From: an uncultured bacterium
GTDB lineage: Bacteria > Verrucomicrobiota > Lentisphaeria > Victivallales > UBA1829
Assembly: GCA_902762495.1 (NCBI GenBank)
Contig: CACWOL010000009.1
Coordinates: 879 to 64,878, forward strand
Length of the DNA: 64,000 nucleotides
Direction of reading: 5' to 3'
Shown here: piece after piece, positions 26,663 through 34,291 of the stretch
Layout: each line of letters begins with the position of its first letter
Numbering within the stretch: position 1 is the first letter of the stretch
The notes under the pieces: model-generated
Told to the model about the DNA's origin: nothing
Databases searched by the model: none
Seen by the model: only the letters and a program-made list of their open reading frames with translations
Position numbers and translations under genes: made by a program

Positions 26663-29008
26663 TTAAGCGGAGGGAGCGGTCTGTTCAGAATGACCCTTGT
26701 CATTCTGCTGTTTGATGAGCTTTTGGACTTTCTCCAGGTTCTCCTTGCCGAATTCGTCGTCAGGCGCGATGGTCAGCAGATGCTTGCACTGTTCCTCCGC
26801 CTGCATGTATCTCTCGCCGGCGATGCTGTTTTCGATGACGTGGTGCATGCAGTCGGTCCAAAGATCGACGATGTCCTCGCGGTAGTTCACGGCGTGACGC
26901 GGGAACTTGAGGGCATCGACAGCTTCCTGATAACGTTCCGCCTCGGACAGGCGTTTGGCGTAGATGAACGCCGGGAGCATGGATTTCTTTTCCATGTCGA
27001 ACGCCTCCTTCGCGGCTTCGAGCGCGTGCTTTTCGTCACCTTTTGCATGATAGAGTTCGGAAAGGTTCACGAGGATCAGAGCGGGCGCCTTGTATGTCTT
27101 CAAGAGCACTTTGTATTTCGCCTCCGCCTCTTCAATCATGTCGGCTTCGGAAAGCTTGTTTGCCGCATAGAACGTAAAGTCCGGATTGTCGTTCGGGGTG
27201 GTCGCGAGCAGTTTCAGCGCCTCCTGGTTCTTCGCTTCGTCATCCTCCAGCAGCAGCGCTGCCGCGCGGAAGAAATCCGCAAAGGGCTTCAGCTTGTCAT
27301 CTGCGGCGTCCGCGAGTTTGTCCGCCAGGGACAGCAGATCGGTGCGGCGTTCATACCGCCAGCAGAAAGTGAAGTAATCGGCAAGCAGGTCCAAATCGAA
27401 TTCCGACTGTTCCACGAGACGGCGGAAAATCTCCGCCGCTTCGTCGTGGTGCCCCAGCTGGTCCAGTGCGACCATGTGCAGAAAATCCAGTCTGGAGGCA
27501 TTGCCGTCGCTATTTTCCCTGACCTGTTCGATGATGGCAAGCGCCTGTTCCGCCTTGCCGTTGAAGATCAGATATTCGGCGGCGATTTGCTGCAGGAGCA
27601 CATCGTCGGGGAACTGTTTCAGCCCATCCAGCAGCTCCGCCTCCGTCGCCAGTCCTTTTTTGTACTGGGAGGACAGAATGATCTCCGTGAGAAGCTGGTT
27701 GCCCTGCAGATTGGTCGCCAGGACTTTCGCCAGTTCGGCCATTTGCGTGGGGTCTTTTTGATTTTCCGGCTTCTGCATCTGTGCGGAAAGATAGTCCAGG
27801 CAGGCAAGGACAGCGCGGTTGCTCAGGTCATGGAACGGAGGATTGGAGAAGAGTTCATTCGCCACGATTAGAATCTCGTTGTATGACCCCTGATTCATCG
27901 CCACGCGCAGACGCATGAACCGGGAAAGCGGGGTGGAAACGAGCTTGCCGGACTTGCGAACGTTCGCCGCGAGTTTCGTTTCGTTATTCTCCATGTAGGC
28001 GATCAGGACATCGCAGTAGTCGGCGAGGAGTCGCAGCGAGTCATTTTTCCGATGCAGTTTATTTGTCGCAGCCTTGAGCTTATCCGGTTTACTGGCAAAA
28101 ACGCAGCTTTCCGCATACAGCAGGGACATGTTGAGGTCGTCGATCGTCTTCAGATACGGCTCCGCTATGGCAACCAGATCGGAGAAACGGAATTTTGAAA
28201 AATAGAAATCCGCCAGAAGCGGCGTTCCCGCGAAATAATTGGTTTCCACGATTTGCTTCAGCAGTTTTTCCACCTCAGCATCGTTATCGTCCGCAATACT
28301 TGCACGGCTCATGACCGTATAAAGTGCCTCGAAACGGATCAGGGGGTCTTCCGATTTCATCGCACTGTTCAGAAAATTGTCGCGTTCTCCCTCGGACAAC
28401 GAACCGTAGTTTGCCATGAACTCCGCCATCCGTCCCAGTTCGTTCTTGTGGAACGCCTCGGGATCGACTTCCACCGCTTTCTTGTAAGCTTCTTCGCCGT
28501 CTTTCGGGTAGCCGGAACGGTAGGAGGAGATCACATACAGATACAGCTCATGGTCGGAAAGCTTTTCATTGATTTTCACCTTTCGCCCCAGAATGTCGCG
28601 CAGAAGAGAATAACTCGCGGCTTTCTCTGCGCTGGTCAGCATCTTTTCGCGGTATTCTTCATTCAATGGGTTCAACGAACTGGCGGTCTGCCACATCTGC
28701 GCCTCGCGCCCCGTATTGCCGAATTCATGATAGATGTTCGCCAGAGCGACGAATTCCGGCTCGCTGTTCTGGTCTTTCGCGACATACTGCCGCAGAAGGC
28801 GCTCCGCCTTTTCGTAATCCCCTTTTTCGTATGCAGCCATGGCTTCACGGCGCATCTGCGACCGGTGAAACGTCTTTACCCCGAAATAGCCAAGTGCCAG
28901 CAGACATGCCAGAAGTACAATGCCCAGAACGATGATCGCGACCACTTTCCGTAGTGCAACCGGTTTCTTTTCCACTTTTGCGGCCTGGCGGTCTGCTTTC
29001 TGTTCCAT
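26663..29008 (-). CDS. N-terminally membrane-anchored TPR-repeat protein, paralog 1 (781 aa)
   Basis: One TM helix (VVAIIVLGIVLLACLLALGYFG) followed by TPR-like helical repeats throughout. It is colinear with the 30667-32988 product; for example RYMQAEEQCKHLL is identical in both. Confidence 0.8.
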   Translation of the reverse strand: MEQKADRQAAKVEKKPVALRKVVAIIVLGIVLLACLLALGYFGVKTFHRSQMRREAMAAYEKGDYEKAERLLRQYVAKDQNSEPEFVALANIYHEFGNTGREAQMWQTASSLNPLNEEYREKMLTSAEKAASYSLLRDILGRKVKINEKLSDHELYLYVISSYRSGYPKDGEEAYKKAVEVDPEAFHKNELGRMAEFMANYGSLSEGERDNFLNSAMKSEDPLIRFEALYTVMSRASIADDNDAEVEKLLKQIVETNYFAGTPLLADFYFSKFRFSDLVAIAEPYLKTIDDLNMSLLYAESCVFASKPDKLKAATNKLHRKNDSLRLLADYCDVLIAYMENNETKLAANVRKSGKLVSTPLSRFMRLRVAMNQGSYNEILIVANELFSNPPFHDLSNRAVLACLDYLSAQMQKPENQKDPTQMAELAKVLATNLQGNQLLTEIILSSQYKKGLATEAELLDGLKQFPDDVLLQQIAAEYLIFNGKAEQALAIIEQVRENSDGNASRLDFLHMVALDQLGHHDEAAEIFRRLVEQSEFDLDLLADYFTFCWRYERRTDLLSLADKLADAADDKLKPFADFFRAAALLLEDDEAKNQEALKLLATTPNDNPDFTFYAANKLSEADMIEEAEAKYKVLLKTYKAPALILVNLSELYHAKGDEKHALEAAKEAFDMEKKSMLPAFIYAKRLSEAERYQEAVDALKFPRHAVNYREDIVDLWTDCMHHVIENSIAGERYMQAEEQCKHLLTIAPDDEFGKENLEKVQKLIKQQNDKGHSEQTAPSA

Positions 29009-29100
29009 CTTGTTTCCCGTTGTTTTCTCTTCTTTGGGGTTTCGAAAATGACAAAAAACGATATTCCGCCCTGGGGCGCGGACCGATATCGCCCGGTGTT

Positions 29101-29137
29101 TTTGAAAACCGACCGTTCATCTTGGAACGGTCGGCTT
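29101..29137 (-). terminator. rho-independent terminator after cargo gene 1
   Basis: The minus strand has a perfect 10-bp stem CCGACCGTTC caagat GAACGGTCGG followed by TTTTCAAAA. Confidence 0.7.
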
Positions 29138-29200
29138 TCCATTGTTCTGAAATCTTCGCTCCGGAAAAAGCTTCCGGGGCGGAGAGATATGTTCAAATCG

Positions 29201-29851
29201 TCAGGCCTTGACCTGCTTGCGGTTGCGGTACATCACAAATGCGCCGCCGAATGCGAGGGCGATGAGGAGCGTGGTGACCGGAGCCGGGAGCGGCTGACCC
29301 TGTTGGGGCAGGGGATCGGACGGAACAGGTGCGAATGTAACGACTGCCGTAAGCTTGGGGTTTTTTTCACCGCCATAAAAATAGGTAAAGGTGTATTTGT
29401 CTGTCTGTCTCCAAAGCCCTTGGGATGAGGAAAACGACGATTCATTCGTAAAATACTTATTCTTCCCGGTTCTTGTATCGGTGATCCAAAGGCCAAGGTC
29501 CTGACTGATCGTTATTTCTCTGGAGCCCTCGTTGCCTTCCAAAACCCACCATTTACCATCAGTGTCTGCGTCCCGACTGGTCACGGATGGCAAAAACTGA
29601 TTGTCGACACCATCGGTCACGGTATAAAGGGAAAGTTTTGGTTGTACATAGTTACTGATAAAGTTATCAAGTACTGTAATCTTCCAGGAAACGTTCCACG
29701 TTTTTGTTTTGCCTGTTCCGTTGTTATCATCGTCGTAGTCATGATCAAAGGCGCTCTGTTCCGCATCCTGATCCCACCAGGTTACGCCGGCGAAAGCGCT
29801 TGCCGACAGGCAGAAGAGTGCTGCGATAATAAGAAGATTGCGAAGTTTCAT
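29201..29851 (-). CDS. secreted protein with C-terminal QPLPA + TM + basic tripartite (PEP-CTERM/VPLPA-CTERM-like) tail
   Basis: Signal peptide MKLRNLLIIAALFCLSASAFA. Tail GQPLPAPVTTLLIALAFGGAFVMYRNRKQVKA-stop. The ATG at 29851 has an AGGAA RBS, and the coding sequence is AT-richer than its neighbours. Confidence 0.75.
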   Translation of the reverse strand: MKLRNLLIIAALFCLSASAFAGVTWWDQDAEQSAFDHDYDDDNNGTGKTKTWNVSWKITVLDNFISNYVQPKLSLYTVTDGVDNQFLPSVTSRDADTDGKWWVLEGNEGSREITISQDLGLWITDTRTGKNKYFTNESSFSSSQGLWRQTDKYTFTYFYGGEKNPKLTAVVTFAPVPSDPLPQQGQPLPAPVTTLLIALAFGGAFVMYRNRKQVKA

Positions 29852-30042
29852 TGTAAATTTCCTTGCGTGTGTTTGTTTGGCGGATCGTCCGCCGTGCTTC
29901 CGGTCTTGTTTTGTGTTTTGTTGGGAGTTTCCCGGAAGCGGGTTTCGGGGCATTCGATTGTTTGGAATCCGGCCCGCGGCGCCCCGTCGGCCGCGGCCGC
30001 AGAATCCCGGCGTCAAGGAGTCAATACGCCGGGTATCCCGCC

Positions 30043-30510
30043 TCATTCCCGCTGACAGAATAAATCTGGTCCAGGGGAGATCGTGTGAATGGTGCTAGGC
30101 GGATACAAATACGAAATCTGCATGCGGAGGAGACGCGTCGTGAGAATGAGTGCATTCTCCGCTTGTTGTTCAGTTTGCGCCGAACGGCGGCCGTTCCGGA
30201 GTTTCCGGGCGAGTCCGAACGCCGCGCCGAGGAGAAGGGAGATCAGTACGCCGGGGAGCGGCTGCCCGTGAACGGTGCTGATGCCGAGTTCGCGGTGCAG
30301 GAATTCCGAAGCGGCGGACTTGATAGAGCGGGTGAAGAGGAACAGCGGAGCGGCGGCTTCATCCTGTACGGTGGATTCCGTCTCGACAGCTTCTGCGGAC
30401 ACGGCGTATTCGCCCGCCTTGGACGCGTCGAACGCATCCACGGCGAGGGTCTCGAATGAGAAACCCGCCGCGAGCAGGAAGATCGCCAGAATTGTCAGAA
30501 GCTGTTTCAT
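30043..30510 (-). CDS. small signal-peptide protein carrying the same QPLPG + TM + basic motif internally, followed by a 46-aa tail
   Basis: Signal peptide MKQLLTILAIFLLAAGFSFETLA. The motif GQPLPGVLISLLLGAAFGLARKLRNGRR is at aa 83-110 (nt 30184-30267). The ATG at 30510 has a GGAGAA RBS. Confidence 0.6.
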   Translation of the reverse strand: MKQLLTILAIFLLAAGFSFETLAVDAFDASKAGEYAVSAEAVETESTVQDEAAAPLFLFTRSIKSAASEFLHRELGISTVHGQPLPGVLISLLLGAAFGLARKLRNGRRSAQTEQQAENALILTTRLLRMQISYLYPPSTIHTISPGPDLFCQRE

Positions 30511-30547
30511 CAAGCCTTGTTCTCCGTTTCAAATGGTTATTTTAAAT

Positions 30548-30576
30548 AACATACACCCATGTATGGCATTTTTCAA
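30548..30576 (-). promoter_or_regulatory. sigma70-type promoter (TTGAAA-N17-TATGTT) for the small motif-bearing ORF
   Basis: The minus strand reads TTGAAA aatgccatacatgggtg TATGTT, within an AT-rich intergenic region. Confidence 0.45.
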
Positions 30577-30666
30577 GTTTTATTTATGAATAAATAAGTT
30601 TTTTTCTGAAAAATGCACTTCACAAGGCAGAGGGTGTTTTATGGACGGCTGCTCCTACGAAAGATT

Positions 30667-32988
30667 CTATTGTGCGGAGCCGGCAGGTTGCGGCGATTCA
30701 TTCCGCTTTTCCGAGCTTCGCGCCCCGACTCTTTTCCGGGCTTTTTCCCTGCTTTCTATGGCAAAAGCATCGTCCGGTGCGAAGATGAGCAGATGTTTGC
30801 ACTGCTCTTCCGCCTGCATGTATCTCTGGTTGGCGAGGCTGTCTTCGATGGCGTGGTGCATGATATCCGTCCAGAGATTCATGACTTCTTCCGGCAGCTC
30901 GACTTTGTGGTTCGGAATCCTGAGGACTTTTTCCGCATCCTGATATTGTCCGTTAGCCGCGAGCATTTGCGCATAGACGAACTGGGCGATCCCGTCGTCA
31001 TGATTTGTTTCCCACGCCTGTTTCGCGTAGGAAAGGGCTTCATCCTTCTTTCCTTTCGCCATCTTGAGTCCGGCAATATTGGCCAGGATCACACGCTGGT
31101 CGGGATGTCTGCCGACCAGCGCGAGGTAGCGGGAAAGCGCCTGATCCACCTTGCCGCAGGTGCTGAACTTATCTGCCGCATGAAGCTCGAAGTCCGGCTG
31201 GTCCGTCTTTGACGTTTCGAGCAGAGAAAGCGCTTCCTCCGTCTTTCCCTGAAGGAACATTTCCTCCGCCCGGAAGAACGGAGCCAGCGCCTTCAGGTCC
31301 GGTTCCTTTGATGCATCCAGTCTGTCAGCCATCTTGGTCAGTTCCTCCCCGCGTTTATGGTCAATGCAGAACATGAGATAACGATAGAGGAGCCCCCGGT
31401 TCATTTCGTTGTTCTCGACCAAGGCGGTATATTCTTTCGTCGCCTCGTCGATCTTTCCCGTAAGCTCCAGCGCGAGCATGTGCAGAAGGTCGAATGTGTT
31501 TGAACGTGGATTCTCTTCCAGCTGATAGAACCGTTCAACATAATCGAGGCACTGTTCCGGATTGCCGTTGAAAAGCTCGAATTCGGCAGCGACTTCCAAA
31601 AGATACGGATCGTTCGGAAACGCCTCCAGGTTTTCCTGAAGGTCCTGCCGGGTCAGCACATTCCGTTTGCGCATGTCGGAGATCTTGAGGCGCATCAGGA
31701 AAGGATCCTCGACGCCTGGCCCCGCAAGGAGTTGCACAAGTTTTGCCACCCGCGGGTCATCGGCGAGCGCCGGATTCTCATTGATCTTATCCCAAAGATA
31801 CTGACGGACCGCTAGCCGAGCCCGCTCCTGTATGTTGTTAAAAGGAGGCTTCTTCATGATCGTTTCGAAAGTCGTGCAAGTCTTCTCCCAGGAGTCGTTG
31901 TTGAGCGCGATCTGGAGACTGATCAGATTGGCGAGGTTCGTTTGTACGACGTCGCGCGTCTCCTGCATGTGTTTGGCGAGATCGTCGTTCTTCTCCAGCC
32001 CCTGCGTGAAATCGTACAGCGCATCGAAATAGGATGCCAGGATCCTGTGCCTCAGCCCGAGTGTATGGAACTTTTGGGCAAGCGGTTTCAGTTTCTCCGG
32101 CTGCGCGCCGTATACGCAGCTCTCAGCATAAACAAGCGCCAGCTGAATATGAGGGATGTCCGCCAGAAAGGGTTCGGCGGTCTCGATCACGGAATCGAAT
32201 TTCAGCCGGGAAAAATAAAAGCTCGCCAGAAGCGGAGTCGCGACAAAACGGTTCAGCTCGACCGCCTGTTTCAGCAGCGTTTCTTCCTGTTCATTGACGG
32301 ACTCCGTATTCCCGCCGGACAATTCCAAACTGATGAGACGCTGGAGAATGGATTCCAGACGGACGACGGGATCGTCCGACTTCATACCCTGTTCAAAAAT
32401 CTTTGAGCGTTCGTCGGCGGAGCGATTCGCGTAAGTAACAAGAAGCTCCGTAAAACGACCGAGATCGTCTTTCTGGAAAAACTTCGGATCCGCCTTGTGG
32501 ATACGTTCATAGTATTTTTCCGCTTCCCGGGCGTGGTCCGTCATGACCGCGCTGATGAGGTACAGCATTATTTCCCGCGGAGTCTGTTTCGCATTCAAGG
32601 CGGACTTGCGGTTGAAGGAAGAATAAAAATGGGAGAATTCACGGGCGTTCATGGCGCAGGTCGTGTAGCTGTCCCAGTACTCCGGCTTCAGCGGATTCAG
32701 CGTGCTTGCCTTGTACCAGCACAGCATCTCCTCCCCCGTGTTGCCGAAATGATGGCAGACCTGCGCCAGGCGGACGAAATCCTCCTCGCTGTCGGGATCC
32801 CTGGCGACATATTCATTCAATAGCCTTTCCGCTTTCTTCCAGTCTTCCGCCGCAAACGCTTTCCGCGCTTCCGAGCGCAAATGGCTCCGGCGCATCGTCT
32901 TGATCCCGAAATACCCCAGGAATCCGAGGCACGAGAGCAGAACGACCGATATCAGGACAATAACAAGAATGAGTCTGGTCTTTTTCAT
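30667..32988 (-). CDS. N-terminally membrane-anchored TPR-repeat protein, paralog 2 (773 aa)
   Basis: TM helix LILVIVLISVVLLSCLGFLGYFG plus TPR-like repeats. Colinear with paralog 1; nt 30787-30827 match 26774-26814 at 37/41 positions. Confidence 0.8.
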   Translation of the reverse strand: MKKTRLILVIVLISVVLLSCLGFLGYFGIKTMRRSHLRSEARKAFAAEDWKKAERLLNEYVARDPDSEEDFVRLAQVCHHFGNTGEEMLCWYKASTLNPLKPEYWDSYTTCAMNAREFSHFYSSFNRKSALNAKQTPREIMLYLISAVMTDHAREAEKYYERIHKADPKFFQKDDLGRFTELLVTYANRSADERSKIFEQGMKSDDPVVRLESILQRLISLELSGGNTESVNEQEETLLKQAVELNRFVATPLLASFYFSRLKFDSVIETAEPFLADIPHIQLALVYAESCVYGAQPEKLKPLAQKFHTLGLRHRILASYFDALYDFTQGLEKNDDLAKHMQETRDVVQTNLANLISLQIALNNDSWEKTCTTFETIMKKPPFNNIQERARLAVRQYLWDKINENPALADDPRVAKLVQLLAGPGVEDPFLMRLKISDMRKRNVLTRQDLQENLEAFPNDPYLLEVAAEFELFNGNPEQCLDYVERFYQLEENPRSNTFDLLHMLALELTGKIDEATKEYTALVENNEMNRGLLYRYLMFCIDHKRGEELTKMADRLDASKEPDLKALAPFFRAEEMFLQGKTEEALSLLETSKTDQPDFELHAADKFSTCGKVDQALSRYLALVGRHPDQRVILANIAGLKMAKGKKDEALSYAKQAWETNHDDGIAQFVYAQMLAANGQYQDAEKVLRIPNHKVELPEEVMNLWTDIMHHAIEDSLANQRYMQAEEQCKHLLIFAPDDAFAIESREKARKRVGARSSEKRNESPQPAGSAQ

Positions 32989-33047
32989 TTTTTTCCCGGG
33001 GCGGCATCGTGAAGGCTACTTCGCGATGCATGGTTGTATTATAGTTC

Positions 33048-33080
33048 AAAAAAAGCCCCGGTCAGTTTCCCAACCGGGGC
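33048..33080 (-). terminator. rho-independent terminator after cargo gene 2
   Basis: The minus strand reads GCCCCGGT tgggaaactg ACCGGGGC followed by TTTTTTT. A TATAAT hexamer follows immediately. Confidence 0.8.
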
Positions 33081-33127
33081 GGATTTCATGGATGACTGTT
33101 CGAAAGAACACGATCCTCGTGAATAGC

Positions 33128-33970
33128 TCAGGCAACAGCGGATTTCCTGCGGCGGATGTACCAGAACCCGAGTCCGAAGAGTCCGGCGATCAGAGCGATC
33201 TGAACTCCGCCGGGGAGCGGGGAACCGGCAGCGCCGGCCGTGACCTCTTTCAATGTGCCATATACATAAGTACCGTTACCATTGGTACCAACAATCCCGA
33301 AATTTAACTTGTTCCCAATATAAAGGGAACCGACCAGCAATTCGTTTTTAGTTGCATTGGCTCTCAATAATTCATAGTTTAAGGTATCTGTTTCGTTGAT
33401 GTTGCTGTTATGCTGTCCATTAACCTCGTACGAAGTAGTGCTCTTTTCAGTGCCGGCAATCGGTTTTCCGTCTGCGTCAACTTCCACTGCCTTCAAGTAA
33501 ACCTGGATTTCATCTCCGGCGGTGAACTCGCCAAGATAATAGCCTTTGCGGGAGAGAGGAGTCTCGCCCCACCAAGCATAGGTCTGCATATTGGGATCCG
33601 AAGAAGAAGCCCCCAGATCAACGATATGATCGCTATCGGTCATTGAGAAGCTTTGTAAACCATCTTTCGCAGACTTATACCCGAAGTCTGTGACTTTGAC
33701 GCTAACTCCAGTTTTTTTGTTCGTTATCACATCATCCAGCACTTCACTCTGAACCTGATAAGCGCTATCGAAATAATTCGTGAGATAAATCTTGCCTTTT
33801 TCATCTTCATCTCCGGTAACCTTAATCGTGAAGTATTTGCCAGCAGTACCATCAAAGACGCCAGGAGTATTTTCGTACCCTCGCCATTGAAGTTCAAAAT
33901 TGAAATCGGCAAACACGGGAGCGGCTACGCCGAGGAGGGCGGCGGTGAGGATGGGGAGAATGTGTTTCAT
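33128..33970 (-). CDS. secreted protein with C-terminal SPLPG + TM + basic tripartite tail
   Basis: Signal peptide MKHILPILTAALLGVAAPVFA. Tail GSPLPGGVQIALIAGLFGLGFWYIRRRKSAVA-stop. The ATG at 33970 has an AGGAA RBS, and the coding sequence is AT-rich. Confidence 0.75.
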   Translation of the reverse strand: MKHILPILTAALLGVAAPVFADFNFELQWRGYENTPGVFDGTAGKYFTIKVTGDEDEKGKIYLTNYFDSAYQVQSEVLDDVITNKKTGVSVKVTDFGYKSAKDGLQSFSMTDSDHIVDLGASSSDPNMQTYAWWGETPLSRKGYYLGEFTAGDEIQVYLKAVEVDADGKPIAGTEKSTTSYEVNGQHNSNINETDTLNYELLRANATKNELLVGSLYIGNKLNFGIVGTNGNGTYVYGTLKEVTAGAAGSPLPGGVQIALIAGLFGLGFWYIRRRKSAVA

Positions 33971-34065
33971 GTGTTCCTGTCTCGTTTCTGTCCGGCTGTT
34001 CAAGGCCGGACGGTTGTAAGTTATTCCGCTCTTAGAACGTCCAGGGATAATCTAATTTGTAAACA

Positions 34066-34093
34066 AATATAGCACATCGAATCGTTTTTTCAA
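34066..34093 (-). promoter_or_regulatory. sigma70-type promoter (TTGAAA-N16-TATATT) preceded by phased A-tracts
   Basis: The minus strand reads TTGAAA aaacgattcgatgtgc TATATT tg. Upstream, TTGAAAAAA recurs three times with a ~10-11 bp period (plus-strand T-tracts at 34085, 34095, 34107, 34116). Confidence 0.55.
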
Positions 34094-34291
34094 GTTTTTT
34101 CAACTATTTTTTCAATTTTTTTTGAGAAAAAAGGTTTTTTCTTAGTGGATAAATGTCTTTGTGTGAAAAGTAATTAAGCTCAAACCATGAGAGCGGTGAT
34201 GGTTTTGCAAGCTCAATTGTTTTTTTATCTTTTCCGCCGTCCGAAAGACTAACTCGGAATGCGCCGGATGCCGTCTTTTCCGGAATGACGC

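Noticed and set aside
29040-29100. Imperfect inverted repeat CGATATTCCGC...GCGGACCGATATCG upstream of TPR paralog 1, considered as an operator or riboswitch-like element
   Set aside because: It is short, bulged, present only once and not mirrored upstream of paralog 2. The evidence is insufficient to call it a regulatory site.
29852-30046. N-terminal extensions in the ORF track (here 65 aa; also 24618-24728, 46226-46423, 1655-1741, 33971-34003, 36181-36261)
   Set aside because: The extensions are Arg/Pro/Gly-rich with no RBS, and several run across predicted promoters. Internal ATGs with SD-like sequences give products that begin exactly at signal peptides or at conserved family N-termini.
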